Shown: positions 1-9,900, numbered from the stretch's first letter. The stretch: 64,000 bases of DNA from Occultella glacieicola (GCF_004353825.1 NZ_SMNA01000014.1:1-64000), one strand, 5' to 3'. Notes: generated from the sequence alone by a model not told the origin. Translations and numbers: made by a program.

Positions 1-845
1 CACCCCGGCTCCGGCGGCCCGTCGCCGACCGGTGCCGGGCCGGCGGGCTCGGACCGGCCCGCCGGGCCGGCCGTGTCGACACGGCCGGCCGGGTAGACCC
101 GGGACCATGGTGGAGCCGGTGTGCCCGGGGACGTTCCGCCGTCGGGCCCTGCCGCCGCTGCGTCCGGCGGCGCCGACCACGCGCCGAACGGCACCACCAC
201 GTCGGGACGTGGGCTCGTCCCGTCGGGTCCGCGCACGCCGGCCGGGGCCTGCGCCACCGCATCGGGTGAGTACGCGCGCGCGGCCCGCGTGAGGAGGTCG
301 CGCGCCAGTGCGTCCCGCACGGCCCCCGCGTCCGTCGGGAGGTCCGGGCCGGCCACGCCGTCGAGCCGGATCCGGGTCCAGCCGGGAGCATCGTCGTCGG
401 TCGCCGGGACCAGGGCATCGACGAGGCGGTCGAGGACATCGGCGTCCGCGCCGAGCACCTGCTCGGCGGCCCAGCCGAAGCCCCGTGCTGCCAGGGCGGC
501 CACCTCCGCGAACCCGGGTGTCCGGCCCACCGTCCGGGCACCCGCCAGGTGCAGGGCGAGCGCCTCGAACACTACGCGCGGGTGCTCGTCCCCCCGCGCG
601 GGTTCCCCGGCGTCCGCGGAGCGGGCGACCGCCAGCACCGCGGCGGCAACGGCGGCGACGTCACCCGGAGCGACGGCGTCGGACTCGGCGACGACGCGCG
701 AGCGTTCGCCGAACCCGAGCGGACGCAGGACCGTGCCACCCACGCGCAGCCCGCCGCCCGATCCCGTCGGGGCCACCTCGATTGTTCGGTCGCCCACCAC
801 GGCCCGCCCGGCGCCGAGGTCGAGCACGACTCCAGACGCGGACAT
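1..845 (-). CDS. Tail-operon protein, possibly tail assembly chaperone-like, with Pro/Gly-rich C-terminal part (truncated by window edge)
   Basis: Not in the ORF track. Manual translation from ATG 845 (MSASGVVLDLGAGRAVVGDRTIEV...LRPLGFGERSR...FAEVAALAARGFGWAAEQVLG...) stays open to position 1 and starts 5 nt after the tube-like gene stop. Confidence 0.6.
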   Translation of the reverse strand, partial: MSASGVVLDLGAGRAVVGDRTIEVAPTGSGGGLRVGGTVLRPLGFGERSRVVAESDAVAPGDVAAVAAAVLAVARSADAGEPARGDEHPRVVFEALALHLAGARTVGRTPGFAEVAALAARGFGWAAEQVLGADADVLDRLVDALVPATDDDAPGWTRIRLDGVAGPDLPTDAGAVRDALARDLLTRAARAYSPDAVAQAPAGVRGPDGTSPRPDVVVPFGAWSAPPDAAAAGPDGGTSPGTPAPPWSRVYPAGRVDTAGPAGRSEPAGPAPVGDGPPEPG

Positions 846-850
846 GTCGG

Positions 851-1231
851 TCAGTTCTCCTCACGCACCCGGGCGGCGCTGAACGAGTAGACGGCCTCAC
901 CTGTGCCCCCGACGGTCAGGTCGAAGGTCTTCGCGGTGAGGAAGCACTCGTCGAACGTCACCGTCGACGTGGTCTCGCCGTGGCGCAGATTGGCCACGAT
1001 CTGGAACAGCTGCTCCCCGGTGAGGGCGTCCAGCGCGACCGACGCCGACGCGACCCGGAGGCGACCGTCGACGTCGTACGCGCCGGAAGTGACGCCGACC
1101 CGTTCCGTGCTGCCGAGGGCGTACACGTTGCTGCGCGCCCGCCGCATCCGGTAGTCGATCCCCTGAACGCCCTCCACCGGCTGGCCGTCGACGAGCACCG
1201 AGCTCTCGGTCGCCGCGAATACCGTGGCCAT
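851..1231 (-). CDS. Putative contractile tail tube protein (126 aa)
   Basis: Directly after the sheath gene with an AGGAGAGG-type RBS. Beta-rich pattern typical of tube proteins (VLVDGQPVEGVQGIDY...VYALGS...VDGRLRV...TVTFDECFLT...YSFSAARV). Confidence 0.7.
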   Translation of the reverse strand: MATVFAATESSVLVDGQPVEGVQGIDYRMRRARSNVYALGSTERVGVTSGAYDVDGRLRVASASVALDALTGEQLFQIVANLRHGETTSTVTFDECFLTAKTFDLTVGGTGEAVYSFSAARVREEN

Positions 1232-1260
1232 GTCCTGTCACCCTCTCCTGGGTTCCGCGG

Positions 1261-2955
1261 TCAGTTCTTGACGCGGATGGTGGCGTACACGTAGTCGATG
1301 GCCCGGACCGGGCGCACCGCGATGTCCACCCGCACGATGCCCTGTGCGAAGTCGGCCTGGGTGGAGTAGACGTCCACGATGAACGCCGGGTCGGTGCCGT
1401 CGGTGCTCGGCACCAGGGCGCCGGCCCGCTCCATCCGGGTGAACACGGCGACGAGCTGCTGCTTCAGTGCCGTACGCGCGTCCGCGGAGTTGAGGCGGCC
1501 GATGAAGTTCTCCGCCGTCGCCTTCGTCTCCCGGATGCAACGGTCCGCCACCCGGGTCACCGAGATCTGGTCGCCGCTCGTGTCGATGCCCTTGAGCACG
1601 ACCACGCCACGGCCGACGCGTTGCTGCACCACGAGCAGGTTCGTGGACGGCCCGAGCAGGCGGTTGAGCTCGCTCTCGCGGTAACGCGCCGGCGCGATCC
1701 CGAGCAGCGGAGCGCCCTTGAACGTGGGCGACTCCTGCGGCTCCATCCGCCCGATCAGGCCGGCGACCACGCCGGCGGCGCCGGCGGGTGCCACCAGCAC
1801 GAACCGCCGGTTGCGGACCGCGGCCGCGTGGTCCCGGATCGCGTCGAGGTCCGCCGCGTCCGCCGGGCGTACCGACCCGAACGCGATCCGCGGTGCCCCG
1901 GCATCGGTCATCACGACCGCGTGTGCGAGCAGGGCTTGGTGGATCGACACCACGGCGTCGGTGGCGAGGGTCGGTTCGAAGGAGGCGAGCACGAGGTCGA
2001 TCCGGGGGTCCTCGGCGAGAAGGTCGATGGCGGCCCGGTAGGCGGCCAGGTTCGGGGAGGCACCGTCGGTGAACGCCACCGGCGCGGAGGTCGCGCGTGG
2101 CAGCCGTTCCCCCTCGGCGAGGGAGCTGCGGGCGGTCGCCCGGACGAACCGGCTCTGGGCGGAGAGGACGGCGGGCAGGTGCCGGGCCGAGTCCGGGTCC
2201 ATGGTCAGGTGCTCGTGCAGCTCCTGCCGGGCGCCGTTGCGGAGCACTTCGACCGAGATCTCGTCGTCGGATCCCTCGATGGTGACGCTGACGCCGTCGG
2301 GCTCCGCCCCGCGCGCGAGGTTGACGTCCATGAGGATGGTGCCGGGCGCCCCGTCCTGCGGCACGGCGACCGTGCCCTCCTCGGACAGCGGATAGCTGCC
2401 CTCGGCGGGGTCGTCACCCTCGAACCCGGGCTCGACGGCGACCACATGGGCGGACCTCGCGTTGACCACGTCGAACAGGTCGAGCGACTCTCCGGGCTCG
2501 ACCACCAGGTCGTCGAACCGCTCCACCTCCGCGCCGTCGAGCAGGATCCGCAGGGTCACCCGGACGACGTCGCCGGCCGCGTTGGTGACCGCCCGGACAT
2601 CCGCGGAGAGCCGGTCCGCCCACGCGCCGCTGGACCGGGCCCGCAGCCGGACCGCCGGATTCCCGGCCGGGTTCACCAACGTCGCGCGGGAGGGAGCGCC
2701 CCCCGTGACGGCGGAGACCACGACCTCCCGGGCGCCGCTGAACAGTGCGTGCGCGGCCTCGGGCATCGACGCGACGGTGCCCGGGCCGAGCAGGTCCTGC
2801 AGTTCGGCCACCCTGCTCACACCCACCAGCGCGGGCTGCGGTGGCGGTCGGTCGACGATCCCGACGACACCCACGATGCCGGCCGCCGCGGGCAGCGGCG
2901 GCAGGACGTCGAAACTGGCTTCGACCGAGACTCCCGGGACGACGAGTACGGGCAT
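1261..2955 (-). CDS. Phage-type contractile tail sheath protein (564 aa)
   Basis: N-terminal PGVSVE, A-R-S-x-G-x-W motif (RARSSGAWAD), ISVTRVAD...FIGRLN, and C-terminal GIVRVDIAVRPVRAIDYVYATIRV, all characteristic of the sheath family. Confidence 0.9.
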   Translation of the reverse strand: MPVLVVPGVSVEASFDVLPPLPAAAGIVGVVGIVDRPPPQPALVGVSRVAELQDLLGPGTVASMPEAAHALFSGAREVVVSAVTGGAPSRATLVNPAGNPAVRLRARSSGAWADRLSADVRAVTNAAGDVVRVTLRILLDGAEVERFDDLVVEPGESLDLFDVVNARSAHVVAVEPGFEGDDPAEGSYPLSEEGTVAVPQDGAPGTILMDVNLARGAEPDGVSVTIEGSDDEISVEVLRNGARQELHEHLTMDPDSARHLPAVLSAQSRFVRATARSSLAEGERLPRATSAPVAFTDGASPNLAAYRAAIDLLAEDPRIDLVLASFEPTLATDAVVSIHQALLAHAVVMTDAGAPRIAFGSVRPADAADLDAIRDHAAAVRNRRFVLVAPAGAAGVVAGLIGRMEPQESPTFKGAPLLGIAPARYRESELNRLLGPSTNLLVVQQRVGRGVVVLKGIDTSGDQISVTRVADRCIRETKATAENFIGRLNSADARTALKQQLVAVFTRMERAGALVPSTDGTDPAFIVDVYSTQADFAQGIVRVDIAVRPVRAIDYVYATIRVKN

Positions 2956-2956
2956 G

Positions 2957-3023
2957 GTCCGCTCCCCACAGTGGAAGCGAGCGGACGTGGGTCAGGTCCA
3001 CACGAGGCGTGAGCGTCCGCTCA
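2957..3023 (-). promoter_or_regulatory. Sheath 5' leader with alternative pairings over the RBS
   Basis: mRNA sense reads GAGCGGAC (3022-3015), GTCCGCTC (2986-2979), GAGCGGAC (2964-2957, overlapping SD GGGGAG). Confidence 0.4.
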
Positions 3024-3062
3024 GGGTGACTCCTATGGTCCTCGCGCCCGGGGGGCGTCGCT

Positions 3063-3078
3063 ATGCCCTTTCGGGCAT
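3063..3078. promoter_or_regulatory. Inverted repeat ATGCCC-tttc-GGGCAT, candidate operator
   Basis: Perfect 6-bp arms in the divergent intergenic region between the sheath and peptidase genes. Confidence 0.35.
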
Positions 3079-3152
3079 CCGGAAGTGCGATGAGTTCCGG
3101 CACCGGCCCGGGTCTGCACCCACGTCCACCCTCCGCGTGCCCTGGAGCCACC

Positions 3153-3812
3153 ATGAAACTCCTGCTCACCTCGGGCGGCGTCACGAACCCGAGCATCCGT
3201 TCGGCGCTCGAGAAGCTGCTCGGCAAGCCGATCGGCGAGTGCGCCGCCCTGTGTGTCCCGACGGCGCAGTGGGGCCACCCGATGTGCGGCCCGGCATCGG
3301 TTCGGGGTCTGATCGCCGCCGATCACGACTTCCGCCACTTCACCGGCCTGGGCTGGGCCTCGCTGGGTGTCCTCGAGCTTACCGCGCTGCCCAGCATCGG
3401 TGCCGACCGCTGGGTGCCGTGGGTCCGGGAGGCGGACGTGCTTCTGGTCGACGGCGGCGACGCCACCTACCTGGCCCACTGGATGCGCGAGTCCGGCCTG
3501 GCCGACCTGCTGCCGTCACTGCCGGACACGGTCTGGGTCGGGGTCAGCGCCGGCAGCATGGTGATGACGCCGAGGATCGGGCACTACTTCGTGGAGTGGC
3601 CGGGAGCGACGGACGACCGCACGCTCGGGGTCGTCGATTTCTCGATCTTCCCGCACCTCGACGCCTTCCCGACGAACACCATGGCGGCCGCACAGCGCTG
3701 GGCTGCCGAGATCGACGGTCCTGCCTACGCCATCGACGAACAGACGGCCATCGCGGTCGTCGACGGCTTCGTCGAGGTGGTCTCCGAGGGGAACTGGACG
3801 GCGTTGGCCTGA
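3153..3812 (+). CDS. Peptidase S51 (peptidase E) / class I glutamine amidotransferase-like protein
   Basis: MKLLLTSGG start, DVLLVDGGD, nucleophile elbow GVSAGSM, FPH, YAIDEQTAI; GGAG RBS before ATG 3153. Confidence 0.85.
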   Translation: MKLLLTSGGVTNPSIRSALEKLLGKPIGECAALCVPTAQWGHPMCGPASVRGLIAADHDFRHFTGLGWASLGVLELTALPSIGADRWVPWVREADVLLVDGGDATYLAHWMRESGLADLLPSLPDTVWVGVSAGSMVMTPRIGHYFVEWPGATDDRTLGVVDFSIFPHLDAFPTNTMAAAQRWAAEIDGPAYAIDEQTAIAVVDGFVEVVSEGNWTALA

Positions 3813-3837
3813 GCGCCGGGAGCGGCCCCGGTCAATC

Positions 3838-3885
3838 GGAAAGCGCATACCCAAGTTCGGGACAACATCTGGCAACCGGTACGCC
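3838..3885. promoter_or_regulatory. Two LacI-type operator-like palindromes
   Basis: GGAAAGCGCATACC (3838-3851) and TGGCAACCGGTACGCC (3870-3885) upstream of a secreted carbohydrate-active gene. Confidence 0.35.
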
Positions 3886-3941
3886 TCCTCCTCCGGGCGG
3901 CACCCATCATCGGGGTTCCGCCAGACTTCAAGGAGGAAGTT

Positions 3942-5555
3942 GTGCAGATCTCACGTCGAGGATTCCTACTGGGTGCGGCCACCGTCGGCGCGGTGGGCGG
4001 ATCGTCCGTCACCGCCGCCCACGCCGGACCCGGGACCGTCGGTCGGCCCTCCCCGGCACCACGCGCCCCCGGAGCCTGGACCTCGGAACTCGTCCGGGTC
4101 ACCGGGCGCGGCGGGCTCGTGTATCCCCGCCGCGACGGGCACCGGATCCCGGACTTCGGGCACGCCGGGTACCACCGAGGCGGCCGGGAGCTGCCGGACG
4201 TGCCCGTCGCGCACTCGATCGCTCCGTTGCCGGGCGGCGCGGACAACCACGACCACATCGAGGCCGCGATCGCCGTGGTCGGGGCCCTCCCGGTGGGCGC
4301 GGACGGCTTCCGCGGGGCCCTGCTCCTCGAGGCGGGCACGTACCCGGTGAGCCGGACCATCGACCAGCCCTACAGCGGCGTGGTCATCCGGGGTGTCGGG
4401 GACGGGCCCGACCCGGCGACCAACACGATCATCCGGCCACAGGACGGGGACCCGGAGCGCAGTGCCGTCATCATCGGCGACAACGGGGACTGGGACGGTG
4501 CGGTGCCCGGCACCCGCACCGACATCGTCAGCGACCTGGTCAGGGTGGCAGACGCCTCCTTCACCGTCGCGGACGCCTCCGGCCTGGCCGTCGGCGACAA
4601 CCTCATCATCGTCCACCCGTGCACGCAGGAGTGGATCGACGCCGTGGACGGCGGCGGCACCGGCGCGGACGACCCGTGGACCCCGGGCCAGCTCCCGATC
4701 ATCTTCAACCGGTACGTCACCGCGATCAGCGGAAACCGGGTGAGCGTCGACGTGCCGCTGTTCACCACCCTTGACCGGTCCCTGTCCCAGAGCTACGTCT
4801 ACGTGTGGGACCAGGCCGGCCGGGTCACCGAGGTCGGCATCGAGGACGTGCGCGTGGACGTCGCCTACGACGGCCCGACCACCCAGAACGGGTCCCACGC
4901 CAAGCACGCGATCCGGATCCGGCAGGCCGAGGACGCCTGGGTGCGGCGGTGCACCGTGCTGCACTTCAGTCAGTCCGGCATCGTCACGGGCACCACCACC
5001 CGGGCCACGGTCGTCTCCTGCCACGCCCTGGACCCGGTCTCCGAGATCACCGGGAGCATGCGCTACAACTTCAACCTGGAGCGCAACTCCCAGCAGGTGC
5101 TGTTCAGCGACTGCCATGCCAGCGAGGCCCGGCACGCGTTCGTCTCGAACGGGACCAGCTCGGTCTCCGGCGCGGTCTTCCACCGGACCACCGCCACCGG
5201 GTCACATACCTCGAGTGAGGGGCACCGGCAGTGGACCCAGGGCCTGCTGTTCGACAACCACACCGAGATCGCACCGAACAGCGAACGCACCATCGGCCTC
5301 TACAACCGCGGCGACTACGGCACCGGTCACGGCTGGTCCGCGGTCCACTCCGTCGCCTGGAACACCGACACCGCCGGTACCCAGTTGATCATCCAGCGCC
5401 CACCCACCGGCCAGAACTACGCGATCGGGTGCTCCGGGGACGTCAGCGGCGACGGCCCGTTCGCCCATCCCGAGGGATGGATCGAGGGCACCGGCCGGGA
5501 TCGGCTCGTGCCCGAGTCGCTCTACGAGGCCCAGCTGGCGGACCGGCTCCGGTAG
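3942..5555 (+). CDS. Tat-exported right-handed beta-helix (pectate-lyase-like) carbohydrate-active protein
   Basis: SRRGFL twin-arginine signal with AHA cleavage site, IPDFGHAGY motif, LLEAGTY...SGVVIRGVG, AAGGAGG RBS. Confidence 0.75.
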   Translation: MQISRRGFLLGAATVGAVGGSSVTAAHAGPGTVGRPSPAPRAPGAWTSELVRVTGRGGLVYPRRDGHRIPDFGHAGYHRGGRELPDVPVAHSIAPLPGGADNHDHIEAAIAVVGALPVGADGFRGALLLEAGTYPVSRTIDQPYSGVVIRGVGDGPDPATNTIIRPQDGDPERSAVIIGDNGDWDGAVPGTRTDIVSDLVRVADASFTVADASGLAVGDNLIIVHPCTQEWIDAVDGGGTGADDPWTPGQLPIIFNRYVTAISGNRVSVDVPLFTTLDRSLSQSYVYVWDQAGRVTEVGIEDVRVDVAYDGPTTQNGSHAKHAIRIRQAEDAWVRRCTVLHFSQSGIVTGTTTRATVVSCHALDPVSEITGSMRYNFNLERNSQQVLFSDCHASEARHAFVSNGTSSVSGAVFHRTTATGSHTSSEGHRQWTQGLLFDNHTEIAPNSERTIGLYNRGDYGTGHGWSAVHSVAWNTDTAGTQLIIQRPPTGQNYAIGCSGDVSGDGPFAHPEGWIEGTGRDRLVPESLYEAQLADRLR

Positions 5556-5656
5556 CCCATGCCGGGCGCGCCGGACGTTTTTACACGGCGCGCCCTTGCG
5601 GCCCTTGCTAGGTTCGATCCGAGGTTGATCGTGCGGCCAACGAACGGCGGGGATCG

Positions 5657-6967
5657 ATGTCCGGATCGAACACAGCAGATGGGGCAATGACGCCCCTGGA
5701 GCGGGGCCAGCGGTCGCGAGCGACCGTCATGCTGGTCCTGGCCACGGTCGGGTTCGGCGTGAACTTCTGGGCCTGGTCGCTGATCTCGCCACTCGGCGGC
5801 GACTACGGCGGCCGGCTCGGCCTGACCGGCTTCCAGCAGTCCACCCTCGTGGCCATCCCCGTGCTGGTCGGATCGCTGGGGCGGATCCCGATCGGGGCGC
5901 TGACCGACAAACTCGGGGCGAAGTTCATGTTCCCCCTGGTGAGCGTGCTCACCATCGTCCCCGTGCTGTTCATCGCGTTCGTCGCGGACTCCTACGCGAT
6001 GATGCTGCTCGGCGGCTTCTTCCTGGGCCTGGGTGGCACCACGTTCGCGATCGGGGTGCCGTTCGTCTCCTCCTGGTACCCGGTCTCCAAGCGCGGCGCC
6101 GCGCTGGGGATCTTCGGAATGGGCACGGCCGGGACCGCCGTCTCGGCGTTCACCACGGTGCCGCTCGCCGACGCCTTCGGGCGGGAGGCACCGTTCGTCC
6201 TGGTCAGCGTGATCCTGGCGATCTACGCCGTCGCGAGTTATCTGCTGCTCCGGGAGTCCCCGGACCGTCCCGAGCCGACCGGCTCCTTCATCGCGAACAC
6301 GGTCGCAACGATGCGGCTGGGGGTCACCTGGCAGCTCGCGGCGCTGTACGCGCTCGGATTCGGCGGCTTCGTCGCGTTCAGCGTGTACCTGCCGACCTAC
6401 CTGGTGAACGCGTACGGGCTCACCGGCACGGACGCCTCGTTCCGCACGGCGGTGTTCGTGATCCTGGCCGTGATCGCCCGCCCCGTCGGCGGCGCCCTCT
6501 CGGACCGGGTCGGTGCGATCAAGGTGCTGCTCGTGAGCTTCGTGGCCACCGGCGTGTTCGCGGCCATCGACGCCATCGGGCTCCCGCTGGTGCCGATCCC
6601 GACGGCCGCGTTCCTGGGCATGGCCGCCACCCTCGGTGCCGCGTCCGGGGCCACGTTCGCGCTCGTCGGGCAGGTGGCCCCGCCCAACAAGGTCGGGTCC
6701 GTCACCGGCGTGGTCGGCGCCGCCGGCGGCCTCGGCGGCTTCGTGCCGCCGCTGGTCATGGGCGCCACGTACGACGCCCTCGGCAACTACACGCTCGGCT
6801 ACGCCCTGCTCGCCCTGGTCGCCTTCGGCATGGCCGCCTTCACCTGGGGTCCGGTGCGCACGGCGGCGCGGCGTCGGGCCGAGGCCGCCGCGGCGTCCGA
6901 GAGCAGCGGCCACCCGGCCACGACGGACCCAGGCCCCGCAGCACCGACCGGAAGGAACCCGTCATGA
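5657..6967 (+). CDS. narK: Nitrate/nitrite MFS transporter (start could be 5687)
   Basis: About 12 hydrophobic segments, GSLGRIPIGALTDKLG, nitrate-signature Gly-rich motifs, overlaps narG start. Confidence 0.9.
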   Translation: MSGSNTADGAMTPLERGQRSRATVMLVLATVGFGVNFWAWSLISPLGGDYGGRLGLTGFQQSTLVAIPVLVGSLGRIPIGALTDKLGAKFMFPLVSVLTIVPVLFIAFVADSYAMMLLGGFFLGLGGTTFAIGVPFVSSWYPVSKRGAALGIFGMGTAGTAVSAFTTVPLADAFGREAPFVLVSVILAIYAVASYLLLRESPDRPEPTGSFIANTVATMRLGVTWQLAALYALGFGGFVAFSVYLPTYLVNAYGLTGTDASFRTAVFVILAVIARPVGGALSDRVGAIKVLLVSFVATGVFAAIDAIGLPLVPIPTAAFLGMAATLGAASGATFALVGQVAPPNKVGSVTGVVGAAGGLGGFVPPLVMGATYDALGNYTLGYALLALVAFGMAAFTWGPVRTAARRRAEAAAASESSGHPATTDPGPAAPTGRNPS

Positions 6968-9900
6968 CGACGCAGCAGACCCCGCCCGGGCTGGACACCG
7001 GGATAGTGGAGGGCCTGCTCAAGGCCCGGCGGTTCTTCCAGCCGAAGGAGGTCTCCCCGGACCTACGCACGCTGCACCAGCAGGGTGGTCGGGACGCGGA
7101 CACGTTCTACCGGGACCGCTGGTCCCACGACAAGGTGGTCCGCTCCACCCACGGGGTCAACTGCACCGGATCCTGCTCGTGGAAGGTGTACGTCAAGGAC
7201 GGCATCATCACCTGGGAGGCACAGCAGACCGATTACCCGAGTGCCGGCCCGGACCGCCCCGACTACGAGCCCCGGGGCTGCCCGCGCGGCGCCGCGTTTT
7301 CCTGGTACACCTACTCCCCCACCCGGGTCCGCTACCCGTACGTGCGCGGCGTCCTGCTCGAGATGTACCGGGAGGCCAGGGCCCGCCTCGGCGACCCCGT
7401 GCTCGCGTGGCGCGACATCACCGGCGACCCGGAGCGGTCCAAGCGGTACAAGTCGGCCCGCGGCAAGGGCGGCCTGGTCCGGGCCGGCTGGGCCGAGGCG
7501 ATCGAGATGATCGCCGCCGCCCACGTGGCGACCATCAAGGACTACGGGCCCGACCGGATCGCCGGGTTCTCCCCGATCCCGGCGATGTCGATGGTCTCCC
7601 ACGGCGTCGGATCGCGGTTCTACTCCCTCATCGGTGGCGCGATGTTGTCCTTCTACGACTGGTATGCGGACCTGCCGGTCGCCTCGCCGCAGGTGTTCGG
7701 GGACCAGACGGACGTGCCGGAGTCGGGCGACTGGTGGGACGCCGGGTACCTGATCATGTGGGGCTCGAACGTGCCCGTGACTCGCACCCCGGACGCGCAC
7801 TGGATGGTGGAGGCGCGCTACCGCGGCCAGAAGGTCATCGCGGTCGCACCGGACTACGCGGACAACGTGAAGTTCGCCGACGAGTGGCTCGCGCCCGTCC
7901 CCGGCACCGACGGTGCGCTCGCGATGGCGATGGGGCACGTCGTGCTGAAGGAGTTCTTCGTCGACCGGCGTGCCCCGTACTTCGTCGACTACACCCGTTC
8001 CTACACCGACCTTCCGTTCCTGATCCGGCTCGATCCCGACGGCGAGGGTTACGTCCCGGGGAAGTTCCTCACCGCCGCGGACCTGCCGGCGGGCACCCCC
8101 GGCCGGGGTGAGCACGACGAGTTCAAGACCGTGGTGCTCGACTCCTCCACCGGGGCCCCCGTGGTCCCGAACGGCTCGCTCGGGTTCCGCTTCGGCGACG
8201 AGGGCGTGGGCAAGTGGAACCTCGAGCTCGGCGACACGGTCCCGGCGCTCAGCATCGCCGACGCCGCCGCTGCCGGTGCTCCGCCCGGCCCGGACACGGT
8301 GCCGGCCGCGGTGCCCGTGAGCCTGCCCCGGTTCGACACCCCCGACGGCGCCGCTGCCGCGATCGTTCGCGGCGTCCCGGTGCGGCGGGTCGGCGGGCAC
8401 CTGGTCACCACGGTCTTCGACCTGCTGCTCGCGCAGTACGGCGTCGGGCGCCCCGGTCTGCCGGGCCACTGGCCGACCGGCTACGACGACCCCTCCTCTC
8501 CGTGCACGCCGGCGTGGCAGGAGGCCATCACCGGCGTGCCGGCGAAGAAGGCCGCGAAGATCGGCCGGGAGTTCGCCGCGAACGCCGAGGAGTCCCAAGG
8601 CCGGTCGATGATCCTGATGGGCGCCGGCACGAACCACTGGTTCCACTCCGACGCCATCTACCGGGCGTTCCTCACCCTGACCACGATCACCGGGAGCCAG
8701 GGCCGCAACGGTGGCGGCTGGGCGCACTACGTGGGCCAGGAGAAGGTCCGCCCATTGACCGGCTTCACCCAGTACGCGAACGCCCTGGACTGGTCCCGCC
8801 CGCCGCGGCACATGATCCAGACGGCGTACTGGTTCCTGCACACCGACCAGTTCCGCTACGACGCGTTCACCGCGGACGAGCTCTCCGGCCGCCCCGGCGG
8901 CCGGTGGGCCGGCATGACGACGGCGGACATCCTCGCCCAGTCCGCCCGACTCGGCTGGTCCCCGTCCTACCCGACGTTCGACCGCAGCTCCCTTCAGGTG
9001 GTCGACGACGCGGAGGCCGCCGGTCAGGACGTCGCCACCTACGTCCCCGCCCAGCTCAAGAGCGGGGACCTGCGGTTCGCCGCGGAGGACCCGGACGCTC
9101 CGGAGAACTTCCCGCGGGTGCTCGGCATCTGGCGCTCGAACCTGCTCGGCAGCTCCGCGAAGGGCGACGAGTACTTCCTGCGGCACCTGCTCGGGACCGA
9201 CCACGCCGTGAACGCCACCGAGACGCAGGAGGACAAGCGCCCACGGGACGTGGTCTGGCGTGACGACGCGCCCGCCGGGAAGCTCGACCTGCTGTTCACC
9301 CTCGACTTCCGGATGACCTCCACCACGGTGTTCTCCGACATCGTCCTGCCGGCGGCCACCTGGTATGAGAAGCACGACCTGTCCAGCACGGACATGCACC
9401 CGTACGTGAACTCCTTCAACCCCGCGATCGCGCCGCCGTGGCAGGCGCGCACCGACTTCGAGGCGTTCCACAACCTCGCCGCGGAGTTCTCCCGGCAGGC
9501 CGGCGAGCACCTCGGCACCCGCAAGGACCTGGTCGCCGTCCCCCTCACGCACGACACCCCGGACGCGCTCGCCACGCCGTCGGGCATCGTGAAGGACTGG
9601 AAGTTCGGCGAGTGCGAGCCGATCCCCGGCAAGACGATGCCGAAGCTCGTCGTCGTCGAACGCGACTACACCGCCGTCGCGGACAAGATGCGCTCGGCCG
9701 GCCCGCTGCTGGAGAAACTCGGCGCCACCACGAAGGGGATCACGTTCGACCTGGCCCACGAGGTGGACCTGCTCCGGGACCTGAACGGTCCGGCCCGCGG
9801 CGGCGTCGCGGAGGGCCGGCCTGCTCTTGAGCAGGACCGGCAGGTGTGCGAGTTCATCCTGTCCCTGTCCGGTACCACGAACGGGCACCTGGCCACCGCC

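Noticed and set aside
1..3150. Intact prophage
   Set aside because: No integrase, capsid, terminase, portal or lysis genes on the visible side, and the sheath opens the operon. The unseen left side is still needed to exclude it fully.
3153..5555. Peptidase E and beta-helix genes as cargo or tail spike of the tail operon
   Set aside because: They are on the opposite strand, and the beta-helix protein has a Tat signal, which argues for ordinary secretion.
5556..5656. FNR/CRP-type anaerobic box upstream of narK
   Set aside because: Only a TTGAT half-site is visible, with no matching ATCAA at the right spacing.
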